This document shows positions 9,529 to 17,964 of a DNA stretch of 47,955 nucleotides, piece by piece (within the stretch, counting starts at the first letter, position 1; every line of letters begins with the position of its first letter). The translations under genes were made by a program, and so were the position numbers. The stretch is from Candidatus Aenigmatarchaeota archaeon. GTDB lineage: Archaea > Aenigmatarchaeota > Aenigmatarchaeia > QMZS01. The notes beneath the pieces are model-generated. The model was not told the DNA's origin. It worked only from the letters and a program-made list of their open reading frames with translations, and searched no databases. The stretch spans positions 1 through 47,955 of the forward strand of contig JAUVLW010000004.1 of the NCBI GenBank assembly GCA_030600555.1, in the 5' to 3' direction.

Positions 9529-10602
9529 TCAAACATATCTCAAAATAGCCCCAATCCCCCCAAGGTTATTAAATTCAACTCCTTCCTGAGACGAAGTGGA
9601 TATTAATTCCATTTGAATTCCCATTTGCTCGCACAAATCTTCAATTTTATCCATATTTTTAAATTCTTCTGAAACAAGAACAATCTCTGCTTTTCCTTTT
9701 TCAATAACCATAAACGAATCCACTTCCCCGTAAACCACTTCACCTTTTCCCTGGCTCAGTTTAACGAAAAAGTCTTTTAGTAAATCCTGTTCTTTCACAA
9801 ACTCGGTTTCTTTTATTAATTCTCTCCCTCTTTCCAGAGTTTCCCTAATTCCGGGTTTGTCTGTGTCCGAAGTATCAACAATACCAATAACATTATCCGC
9901 AAGGGATTTAAGAAGATAATTTTCTTTTTGAAATTTTTCTTTTATTGGTCCTGGACCTGATAAAATTATTCCTTTGAGATCTTCTTTCTCAAGCAATTCT
10001 CTAGCTGTTGCAGCGATTTTCTGAAGGAATGAAACTAATAAATTTTCTCTTACTCTCGAATACCTTACGCTGCTTTGTCCACCAGCTCTTGTTTTTCCGG
10101 GAACAAGCGAGGTCATGTGTTTTAAAATAGTTACTCTTTTTCCGTAGATTACCGCAATATCAGCAGAGCTTTTGTCCATACAGATAACCCCGTAACTTGC
10201 TTTTTCTTTCATAAATTCTTTTAAAGGTTCGGTTTCAAATTTCTGGTCGCACCTGTATAATTTAATTCCTACTTTGTCTGGCGGGGTTATTATATAAAGT
10301 CTAAGATCTGTTTTGCCCTCATCTTTTGACACATTTCCGCAGAATATTGCAAAACCATTCTCTGGCAGAGTTTTGTATAACTTTAATTCCTGGGTGATTT
10401 TTTCAAGAGCCCCAAGAACATTTTTTCTTACTGTCTTATTTTTCACATTTCTTGTTAATGCTATTTCCTGACCGATAAACTCAGAGGCTTTGTTAAAATC
10501 GCTTCCTGCGGGGATATAATAGGTTACCAGTTCTGTATGCCGTCCTCTCACGCTTTCAAGCTCTCTTAGTATCTTTTTCAACTTAAGTTTGTCAACATCC
10601 AT
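9529..10602 (-). CDS. prf1: Peptide chain release factor aRF1
   Basis: RHTELVTYYIP, YRCDQKF (YxCxxxF), AGGQS, GPGP.KE, LGGIGAILRY. Confidence 0.96.
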   Translation of the reverse strand: MDVDKLKLKKILRELESVRGRHTELVTYYIPAGSDFNKASEFIGQEIALTRNVKNKTVRKNVLGALEKITQELKLYKTLPENGFAIFCGNVSKDEGKTDLRLYIITPPDKVGIKLYRCDQKFETEPLKEFMKEKASYGVICMDKSSADIAVIYGKRVTILKHMTSLVPGKTRAGGQSSVRYSRVRENLLVSFLQKIAATARELLEKEDLKGIILSGPGPIKEKFQKENYLLKSLADNVIGIVDTSDTDKPGIRETLERGRELIKETEFVKEQDLLKDFFVKLSQGKGEVVYGEVDSFMVIEKGKAEIVLVSEEFKNMDKIEDLCEQMGIQMELISTSSQEGVEFNNLGGIGAILRYV

Positions 10603-10711
10603 AAACCTTTTTATTTGTTAAGTTAAATAATGGGCATGTAGCTCAGTAGAATCGCAAACACTAAAAATTGCGGTTTTGAGCAATTGGATAGAGCACCGCC
10701 CTTCTAAGGAG

Positions 10712-10811
10712 AACCCTTTTCAACGTAATTGTTGAAAAGGATGTTCTACGGAAAGTAGAACATATGTTTTTTCTTTGAAAAAACAAGTTCTGCACCCCAA
10801 AAAAGGTAATT
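10712..10811 (+). repeat. tRNA intron family A, copy 1 (in the Arg 37/38 intron)
   Basis: 10734-10803 matches the reverse complement of 27887-27956 at 69/70 nt; multi-hairpin. Confidence 0.92.
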
Positions 10812-10873
10812 GGTCAACAATTAATCAATTATTAAAGTGGGTGAAGAAGTTAGGCGGGGGTCGCAGGTTCAAA

Positions 10874-10934
10874 TGAGGATTTTCTTTTTAAAAAAGAAAA
10901 TACCTCAACCCAAAAGAAAACACAAATTGGAAAA
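10874..10934 (+). repeat. tRNA intron family B, copy 1 (Arg T-loop intron)
   Basis: TGAGG.TTTTCTTT...AAAGAAA..ACCTCAA..CAAAAGAAA...AAATT is shared with the Glu 37/38 intron. Confidence 0.8.
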
Positions 10935-10976
10935 TCCTGTCATGCCCATATTTATATTTATTAAGTGATCATAATT

Positions 10977-12842
10977 TCATTTATGTTTTTTCCCATGATG
11001 TTCTCTTTTGTGTTTATTTCGTTTTTCTCTTTCCTTTGGAGGTATGGTTCTTTCATCAACTTCCCCAATATTTTCCAGGAATCCAGCATTATCCGCGTTG
11101 TATTGAGCAAAATAAGTTCCTATCTGTTTATAATCGCTAATTTGGTTTTTTGCCAGCCAGTTGAGAAATTTTATTTTATTTAAAATATCCGCATCCATAT
11201 CAACTTCGTTTATTCCTGTTCGGTCAACAATATTTTTTAGCACCACAGATTTATCCGCGATTATAAATTCATCGGATTTTGGGTCCCATTTCGCAAAGTT
11301 ATTTACTAAAGGTCTTTTTGTTTTGTAATCCATTCCAGCAATTTCTTCTATAGCAGTTATTCTTCTGAATATTCTATCTCCTATTTTAACTCTCGAAATA
11401 AAAACAATAACATCCAGAATTTCAAGCAAAGTTGAAGGAAGGTTTATTGGTTCTGTTATTAAACGGTCAATCAAAGTATCAATACTCTCGGCGTGGATGG
11501 TTGCGAGTCCGGGGTGTCCCGTAGCCATTGCCTGAAATAAAACAAAAGCTTCTTTACCCCTAACCTCACCAACAATAATCCGGTCAGGTCTTTGCCTTAA
11601 ACTTTCTCTTAGCAAATCAAATAAAGTTACTGAACCCCGACCTCCTGTGGTAAGCGCTGACCTCGCAACTTCTGGTATCCAGTTTGGATGAGGCAATTGA
11701 AGCTCACCAGTATCTTCAATACTCACAATCTTTTCTTCTGGTTTCGCAAGCATTGAAATTGAGTTTAAAAAAGAAGTTTTACCTGAACCCGTCCCTCCTG
11801 AAATTAAGATAGAACGACCATTTTCCATTGCAAACCAAAGATAGGCCATTATATTAATGTCGCATGTGTGAGACAATACTTGTTTTGATGGGGTGAAAGG
11901 TTCTTTGCTAAATCTACGAATTGTAAAGTTTGAACCTCTTCTTGCAATATCTGTTGCTAAAGTTGCCTGGACCCTGCTGTTATCAGGCAGGATACCATCA
12001 AGCAAAGGGTGAGCAACAGAAAGATCCCTTCCGCATCTCTGAGCCAGTTTCATCACAAAAGAATCCAGTTTTTCAGCATTATCAAAAGCAACATTTGTTT
12101 TTATCGAACCAAATCTTGAATCCCTATGCACGATGTAAAACGGAATATTTGTTCCATCGCATGAAATATCTTCTATATTCTCATCCTGCAATAAAGGTTC
12201 CACCATATCAAAACCAAGGAAATCCCTGTAAACATAATACCTGAAAATTTTTATCATTGATTCTGGAAGATCTAATTTGAAATAATCAATAGCATCATCA
12301 ATTTTTTTAAAGATGTAATTTCTTGCCTCAAACTTTTTTATTGCCGCAAAATCAATATCAATTTTTTCCCTGATGTAATCTTTCAGAACATTCAAAACCT
12401 GCTTATCATATTCGCTTATTTCCGGCTCCACAATTTGATAGATTAGTTCATTACCTGCGTCATTCCAATGTATATGAGTATAAGCGTATATTTCTTCCCC
12501 TCTTTTTGGTTGACTTGGAATTAAAGGATATTTTATTGATATTGTGCGCAAGTCCTGTTTTTTGAAAGATTTTTCGATTGGTTTTATATTTGATTCTACA
12601 TATGGAAAAGGCAAACCTTCCCATTTAACGGCTTTCTTTTTATCTTTGTTCATCCATTCAAAATTTGGAGGAAATTGCCATTGAGGTGGTTTATCTTTTT
12701 TTGGTTCTTCCTTAGGTCTTTCTAATTTAGGCGGTATGTAATTTATTACAATAGGCCTCTTTTTTAAAACATAGTTTATACTTTTCTTTAGTTTTATTGG
12801 TTTCCTTTTCTTAACCCTCTTTCTAATAATTACTTTTACCAT
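10977..12842 (-). CDS. Type II/IV secretion (T4P/archaellum-family) ATPase
   Basis: IEDISCDG, GSNFTIRRF, Walker A GGTGSGKT, SIEDT.EL, LRQRPDRIIVGEVRG, TGH...TIHA. Confidence 0.93.
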   Translation of the reverse strand: MVKVIIRKRVKKRKPIKLKKSINYVLKKRPIVINYIPPKLERPKEEPKKDKPPQWQFPPNFEWMNKDKKKAVKWEGLPFPYVESNIKPIEKSFKKQDLRTISIKYPLIPSQPKRGEEIYAYTHIHWNDAGNELIYQIVEPEISEYDKQVLNVLKDYIREKIDIDFAAIKKFEARNYIFKKIDDAIDYFKLDLPESMIKIFRYYVYRDFLGFDMVEPLLQDENIEDISCDGTNIPFYIVHRDSRFGSIKTNVAFDNAEKLDSFVMKLAQRCGRDLSVAHPLLDGILPDNSRVQATLATDIARRGSNFTIRRFSKEPFTPSKQVLSHTCDINIMAYLWFAMENGRSILISGGTGSGKTSFLNSISMLAKPEEKIVSIEDTGELQLPHPNWIPEVARSALTTGGRGSVTLFDLLRESLRQRPDRIIVGEVRGKEAFVLFQAMATGHPGLATIHAESIDTLIDRLITEPINLPSTLLEILDVIVFISRVKIGDRIFRRITAIEEIAGMDYKTKRPLVNNFAKWDPKSDEFIIADKSVVLKNIVDRTGINEVDMDADILNKIKFLNWLAKNQISDYKQIGTYFAQYNADNAGFLENIGEVDERTIPPKEREKRNKHKREHHGKKHK

Positions 12843-13258
12843 TATCTTGAAATTATTACGCTGTCTTCAGTTGAATGCAATACAAAATATCCCGCTGAAC
12901 TTGTTGCCAACCCATTTGTTAAGATGTCTTCGAAGTTGGATAATTTTCTGGTTATCCCTCCATCGCTTCTAAAGTTGCGAACATTAATATAATTCTTGCT
13001 TAATGAAATTGTGTATCTTGCATCAGATAATTTTTTAGGGATTTCCACGGTGATGCTGCAATCTGCTGATTTTCCGCATAGATACGCTTTTGTTGTTGCC
13101 ATTGAAACAAGGTTGGACATTATATAATATTGTTCTGTCTGAGCCTGTTTTTGAAGTGAAGTGACAAAAGAAGCGACGGTTCCCGCAAGAGATAAGGTTA
13201 TTAATGCACCTATGCCAAATAACAATAATTCATTAATCGCCTTATGCTGTCCCTTCAT
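12842..13258 (-). CDS. Class III signal-peptide pilin-like protein
   Basis: MKG/QHKAINELLLFGIG hydrophobic helix; stop overlaps the ATPase start. Confidence 0.75.
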   Translation of the reverse strand: MKGQHKAINELLLFGIGALITLSLAGTVASFVTSLQKQAQTEQYYIMSNLVSMATTKAYLCGKSADCSITVEIPKKLSDARYTISLSKNYINVRNFRSDGGITRKLSNFEDILTNGLATSSAGYFVLHSTEDSVIISR

Positions 13259-13272
13259 AAAAATATAGATTT

Positions 13273-13875
13273 TTATCTAATATCTACTAATACAAGTGTT
13301 TTTGTGAAAGGTCCTCTTTCCTCACCCATTTTGCTTATCACTATCTTTGAACCTTCAGAGCCTATAATGGTTGCGTTGTATGGGGTTATAATATCCAAAA
13401 GGTAAACACTCCCGTCGCTTTTCGTGAGATTCCTGTAGATTATTTTGTAAGTTGTGAGAGAAGCGTAATTATCGAGCATGTGAACATAAACTCCGGTAAC
13501 AGAATAAGAATCTTTTCCAAACTCGCCTCCTGTTGTGTTGCAACTTTTGCTGAAACATATAAATTGTCCTCCTCCGTAGATAGCAGTTTCTGTTTGCACC
13601 GAGAATTCTATTGTGTTGTTTTTTGCGTTTATCTTTATTTCCCCGGGAATATTAAAAACAAGTTCTTCTATTGAACCTAATTTTGCGACCTCATCAACTT
13701 TTTTATCAAGTTTGAAAAGGAAATTTTCCGCTTTGTACAAAGTTGGTTTATCCATATTTCTCTGAATCATTGGCATCCCCCAGGTGTAAGCAACTGAAGT
13801 AACCACAAGTAGAACACCTATAAGCATAATTGAACTTATTACCACAGAAGCTCCTTTAAATTTTCTGGAATTCAT
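13273..13875 (-). CDS. Archaeal pilin-like protein
   Basis: MNSRKFKG/ASVVISSIMLIGV...WGMPMI. The start is placed at ATG 13875 because the ORF-track extension runs into tRNA-Gly. Confidence 0.8.
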   Translation of the reverse strand: MNSRKFKGASVVISSIMLIGVLLVVTSVAYTWGMPMIQRNMDKPTLYKAENFLFKLDKKVDEVAKLGSIEELVFNIPGEIKINAKNNTIEFSVQTETAIYGGGQFICFSKSCNTTGGEFGKDSYSVTGVYVHMLDNYASLTTYKIIYRNLTKSDGSVYLLDIITPYNATIIGSEGSKIVISKMGEERGPFTKTLVLVDIR

Positions 13876-13899
13876 AATTATCACTATAAATAGATTAAA

Positions 13900-14046
13900 T
13901 GCGGCCGCCGGGATTTGATTACGGCATTGTTTAAACAAAGTCAAACGAATGTACCCGGGTTACTGGCTGTTACCGAAACTTGACCTGGTTTATAATATCA
14001 AAATTTTCGTGGGAAGCCAGGATCCTAACCACTAGACTACAGCCGC
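13900..14046 (-). tRNA. tRNA-Gly(CCC) with two introns (37/38: 13969-14009; 54/55: 13919-13952)
   Basis: Exons join to GCGGCTG-TA-GTCT-AGTGGTTA-GGAT-C-CTGGC-TTCCCAA-GCCAG-TAAC-CCGGG-TTCAAAT-CCCGG-CGGCCGC-A. Both BHBs have one mismatch in the central helix (TTCC/GGTA, CCGG/CCGT), with intron helices GAAA/TTTC and CATT/AATG. Confidence 0.9.
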
Positions 14047-14089
14047 ATAAAAATAGTATTTAGATAAATTATTTAGGGATATTTATAAT

Positions 14090-14611
14090 ATGAAACTGGA
14101 AAAAATTAATATAATTTTAGTAATTATTTTAACTATTTTCTTAATTATCGGTATTCCTCCAATAATAGATTGGGATTTATCTGAGATTTTACCTTCTGAA
14201 GAAAAGATTCATATTATAATTGAACCTGATTATATTAGTGAGGGTCAGTATCCTGAAGGAAGATCAATTAAAGTGATAATCCCAAATATTGCTAAAAATA
14301 ATATTACTTATTTAAAATTATATAAAAATAATGTAAAAGTTGCTCGTCTAAACAAAAATAAAGATACTAAAGTATCTGAACTTTATTGGGATGGCGGTTC
14401 TAGTTATGACAAACCATTAGTGATAGATTATGAGATATCTGGTTTCTCCAAAGATAATTTAACTGCTTCTGGAGAACTACAAGGATGCCCAAATTGTTTT
14501 GAAGGAGAATATTCACCATATCAATTTACTTTTATAATTGATTACAAAATAGGGGGCAGTGATATAATAATTACCACCAAACCTATAAAAGTGAAACTTC
14601 CAATAATCTAG
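14090..14611 (+). CDS. Hypothetical membrane-anchored/secreted protein
   Basis: N-terminal hydrophobic helix; beta-rich body with CPNC. Confidence 0.65.
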   Translation: MKLEKINIILVIILTIFLIIGIPPIIDWDLSEILPSEEKIHIIIEPDYISEGQYPEGRSIKVIIPNIAKNNITYLKLYKNNVKVARLNKNKDTKVSELYWDGGSSYDKPLVIDYEISGFSKDNLTASGELQGCPNCFEGEYSPYQFTFIIDYKIGGSDIIITTKPIKVKLPII

Positions 14612-14650
14612 TTAGTAACCGAGTATTTAATCAAAAAATGAAAGAATTTT

Positions 14651-15661
14651 ATGATGGAGATTGATGGAAATTACCTTGAGGGGGGAGGTCAGATACTAAG
14701 GACTTCTGTGGCTTTATCCTGTTTAACCGGGAAGCCAGTTCATATATTCAATATAAGGGCTGGGAGACCCACACCAGGGCTAAAAGCTCAGCATCTGGCG
14801 GCGATATCCGCTGTTGCTGAACTGTGCAATGCAAAGCTTGAAGGGGGCGAAATTGGCTCAGAAGAGATTTCTTTTCATCCTGGGGAAATTAACAAGGAAA
14901 AACTGACAATTAATATTTCAACCGCGGGTTCTGTGGGTCTGGTTTTGCAGGCTATTTTTCCCGCATGCGTTAATTTAATTAAACCTCTTAAAATTGAGAT
15001 TATTGGGGGAGGGACTTTTGGGAAATGGGCTCCTTCAGTTGTTTATCTCCAGAAAGTATTTTTGCCGATTCTGGAAAGATTTGGTTTTAAAGCGGATGTG
15101 AAAATTCTCAAACACGGGTTTTATCCGAGAGGCGGAGCTAAAGTTGTTGCGGATATTTTCCCATCAAAATTGAAAGGTTTTTCTATCGATGGCGGAGTTG
15201 ATAAAATTGAAGGAATCTCAATTGTTTCTGAAAAACTGAAAAACGCAAAAGTTGCGGAAAGGCAGGTTGATGGGGCAAAGAAAATTCTTGAGAAATTAAA
15301 TCTACCCGTTGAAATAAAAACCGAATATGTTGATTCAACTTCGGTCGGAACAGGAATTGAACTCTGGACAGATAAAACTATTTTGGGGGCGGGAACTCTC
15401 GGAGAAATTAGAAAAAAAGCTGAGAAAGTTGGGAGCGAATGCGCTGAGATCTTGAGTAAGGAAATTAATTCGGGGGCGACAGTTGACAAACATCTTGCAG
15501 ACCAGTTGATTCCTTTTATGGGTCTTGCGGAGGGAAATTCTGGTTGCAAAATTTCTGAACTAACCAACCACACAAAAACCAATATTTGGGTTATAGAGAA
15601 ATTCTTGGATAGAAAGTTTGAGATTAAGACTATGGGGGGTTTGTATGAGGTTTGTGTTTGA
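14651..15661 (+). CDS. rtcA: RNA 3'-terminal phosphate cyclase
   Basis: IDG.YLEGGGQILRT, IRAGRP.PGLKAQH, TAGSVGLVLQ, GFYPRGG, VDKHLADQLIP, T.HTKTN (adenylated His). Confidence 0.96.
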   Translation: MMEIDGNYLEGGGQILRTSVALSCLTGKPVHIFNIRAGRPTPGLKAQHLAAISAVAELCNAKLEGGEIGSEEISFHPGEINKEKLTINISTAGSVGLVLQAIFPACVNLIKPLKIEIIGGGTFGKWAPSVVYLQKVFLPILERFGFKADVKILKHGFYPRGGAKVVADIFPSKLKGFSIDGGVDKIEGISIVSEKLKNAKVAERQVDGAKKILEKLNLPVEIKTEYVDSTSVGTGIELWTDKTILGAGTLGEIRKKAEKVGSECAEILSKEINSGATVDKHLADQLIPFMGLAEGNSGCKISELTNHTKTNIWVIEKFLDRKFEIKTMGGLYEVCV

Positions 15662-15712
15662 ATTGTAATTGTTTCTTCAATTTTTTATTATTCTTTAAGT
15701 CAATAGATAAGT

Positions 15713-16429
15713 ATGAGGAGTAAGGATAAGTTAAATTATCCTCACCAAACCGACTCTGATTTTTTTGGATTTACAAGTGATTGGCATATTGGCAATAAGC
15801 ATGCAAATGAAAATTATATTTTAGATTATCTGGATTTATTAAAAGAACGCGGGGTAAAACAGATATTTCACGGGGGTGATTTGTTTGAAGGTTATAAAAT
15901 ACACCGCCGTCAAACAAATGAACTGCTTCTTGATTGTTTTGGAATGGAAGAACAGATAAAACATTTTAATAATTTAATCCCAAAACAAAAAGATTTAAAT
16001 ATGAAATTAATTTCAGGCAATCATTTGATTAAGAATCATAAAGGCAAGAATGTTGTTGAAAAATTATGCTATGAAAGAAGTGACATAGATTATCTTAGTA
16101 AGTATGATGGTCTTGTTAAACTGAAAGATGGAGTTGCTATGGAAATAATCCATCCGAGCAGAGGGTCTCTGTATAAAGGATTATCTGAATTTAATGAATA
16201 TCTAAATTTATGCCAAACCAACCCGGACATTCTTGGCGTGGGTCATAAACACATATCCAATTGCCATTTATATAATAATGTTGTTTGTTATCATTTGGGA
16301 ACTTTTCTTAGCGAATCAAATAAGAGAAACAACAAATTTTCACCGGATATCGGAGCGTGGATAGTTGAGTTGGATATTGATAATGGGGAGATACTTTCTA
16401 ATAAGAGTGATTGGATTAGTTATGAGTGA
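15713..16429 (+). CDS. Calcineurin-like metallophosphoesterase
   Basis: SDWH, HGGD, SGNH, IIHP and GHKH motifs. Confidence 0.88.
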   Translation: MRSKDKLNYPHQTDSDFFGFTSDWHIGNKHANENYILDYLDLLKERGVKQIFHGGDLFEGYKIHRRQTNELLLDCFGMEEQIKHFNNLIPKQKDLNMKLISGNHLIKNHKGKNVVEKLCYERSDIDYLSKYDGLVKLKDGVAMEIIHPSRGSLYKGLSEFNEYLNLCQTNPDILGVGHKHISNCHLYNNVVCYHLGTFLSESNKRNNKFSPDIGAWIVELDIDNGEILSNKSDWISYE

Positions 16430-16509
16430 ATATTTTTTATCCCTCTCATTATCTCTACAAGGTCTTTTAATTTACTCAATTCCATATCTCTGGCAAAAGA
16501 TTAAATTAT

Positions 16510-17925
16510 TTAATTAACCCCCTCTTCAATAATTGTCTCTTTGGTAACTTCTTTTGTTAGTTTAATATCTTCGGTTAATTGTTTTTGTTTCCAGGTCCCT
16601 TTTGCGAACCAAGCAATTGTTATAACTGCGGCAATAACATTAGCCACTGGAAACGCTATCCAGATACCGAGTTCTGCAAGAACTGTGTGTTTTGATAATA
16701 GATAAGCTAAAGGAAATCTTAGAACCCACAGGGAAACTATGGATAAAACCAAAGGAATCATTGTGTTCCCTGAACCCCTAAAAGCCCCGTTCAAAGACAT
16801 TTGCACTCCAATGAATCCAAAAGTTAAAGCCATTATTTTAATAAACAAAGCGGTTGCTTTAATGGTTTCCAATTCCCCTGGAATAAAGATTGCGGAAATC
16901 TGCTCAGCAAATAGAAAAAATAAAATTCCCACTAGAGTTAAAATAATGAATCCTGTTAAAGAACTTAATTTTGCTATTTTTTCCGCTCTTTCCATTTTCC
17001 CTGCGCCAATGTTCTGACCAACTAAAGTTGAAGTTGCCATAGACAATCCTATTGCAGGAAGAACAATGAAACTTAATATTCTGCCCCCAATACCATAAGC
17101 GGCTAAGGTAAGAGTTCCAAAACCCGCAACTAAAAATGTCATGACAAGTATACCTAACGCTCTTGTTGATTGTTCAATGGAAGCTGGAACTCCCAACTTA
17201 AACATTTTTTTGAGCAAAGGAACATCAGGTTTTAAATCACTTAATCGCAAATGTATTTGATGTTTCCCTCTCAGCAATATTATTATGCCAATTACTGCGG
17301 CTATTCCCTGAGTAATTATTGTGGCAACAGCAGCCCCACCCACGCCAAGAGCTGGAATAAACCAATACCCAAAAATAAATAAAGGGTCAAGAATAAGATT
17401 TAAAAGAACAGTTCCAAAAACAATATACAAAGGGGTTTTAACATCCCCAACACCCCTCATCAATGATTGAAAGACCATGTAGGTAAACATAAAAATCATT
17501 CCAATAAAAGAAATTCTCATATACGAAACTGCTCCTGAAAAAACGCTGGATTCAACTCCCATCAAACTAATAAGTTGAGGAGATAAAAAATAACCTAAAC
17601 CAGAAAGGATGATTGAGACAATAACCATCATCAACAAAGTTTGACACGCAATATGATTTATTGCTTTTTTGTTCTTTTTACCTTTGTATTGAGCAACAAG
17701 AATTGTGCCTGCTATTGATAATCCGCCCCCTAAAGAAATAATCAGAAAAATAAGAGGGAAACTAATGGAAACTGCGGCGATTGCATCTGTGCCAAGCCGC
17801 CCAACCCAAAAAGTATCTATTAATTGATAAGCTGATTGCAATATACTCGCAAAGATAATGGGTACTGATAGAGTTATCAGGGATTTTAAAATAGATCCTT
17901 CAGTCAAGTTATTTCGCTCTCCCAT
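16510..17925 (-). CDS. MATE family efflux transporter
   Basis: NLTEGSILKSL..LSVP, IDTFWVGRLG, RG.GD.KTPL, NLILDPLFI; about 12 TM helices. Confidence 0.95.
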   Translation of the reverse strand: MGERNNLTEGSILKSLITLSVPIIFASILQSAYQLIDTFWVGRLGTDAIAAVSISFPLIFLIISLGGGLSIAGTILVAQYKGKKNKKAINHIACQTLLMMVIVSIILSGLGYFLSPQLISLMGVESSVFSGAVSYMRISFIGMIFMFTYMVFQSLMRGVGDVKTPLYIVFGTVLLNLILDPLFIFGYWFIPALGVGGAAVATIITQGIAAVIGIIILLRGKHQIHLRLSDLKPDVPLLKKMFKLGVPASIEQSTRALGILVMTFLVAGFGTLTLAAYGIGGRILSFIVLPAIGLSMATSTLVGQNIGAGKMERAEKIAKLSSLTGFIILTLVGILFFLFAEQISAIFIPGELETIKATALFIKIMALTFGFIGVQMSLNGAFRGSGNTMIPLVLSIVSLWVLRFPLAYLLSKHTVLAELGIWIAFPVANVIAAVITIAWFAKGTWKQKQLTEDIKLTKEVTKETIIEEGVN

Positions 17926-17964
17926 TTATGTATAATCAATTTAAAATCTTATCAGATTGTTCGC

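Larger units (their letters stand above)
10632..10948 (+). tRNA. tRNA-Arg(UCU) with three introns (15/16: 10647-10683; 37/38: 10707-10851; about 59/60: 10874-10934)
   Basis: Exons join to GGGCATG-TA-GCTC-AGTTGGATA-GAGC-A-CCGCC-CTTCTAA-GGCGG-GGGTC-GCAGG-TTCAAAT-CCTGT-CATGCCC-A, a full cloverleaf. BHB central helices are GCTC/GAGC, CTTC/GAAG and a relaxed TTCA/GGAA. CCA is not encoded. Confidence 0.92.

Noticed and set aside
9529-10602. Stop-codon reassignment suggested by the divergent aRF1
   Set aside because: All three stop codons end conserved genes at the expected C-termini, and there are no in-frame stops in conserved genes.
10707-10851. Family A intron as a C/D-box guide RNA, CRISPR repeat, IS/MITE or homing-endonuclease intron
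   Set aside because: No RUGAUGA/CUGA boxes, no repeat-spacer periodicity, no target-site duplication or adjacent transposase, and no ORF.
13876-13944. N-terminal extension of ORF 13273-13944
   Set aside because: It overlaps the 3' half of tRNA-Gly; the class III signal peptide begins at ATG 13875.
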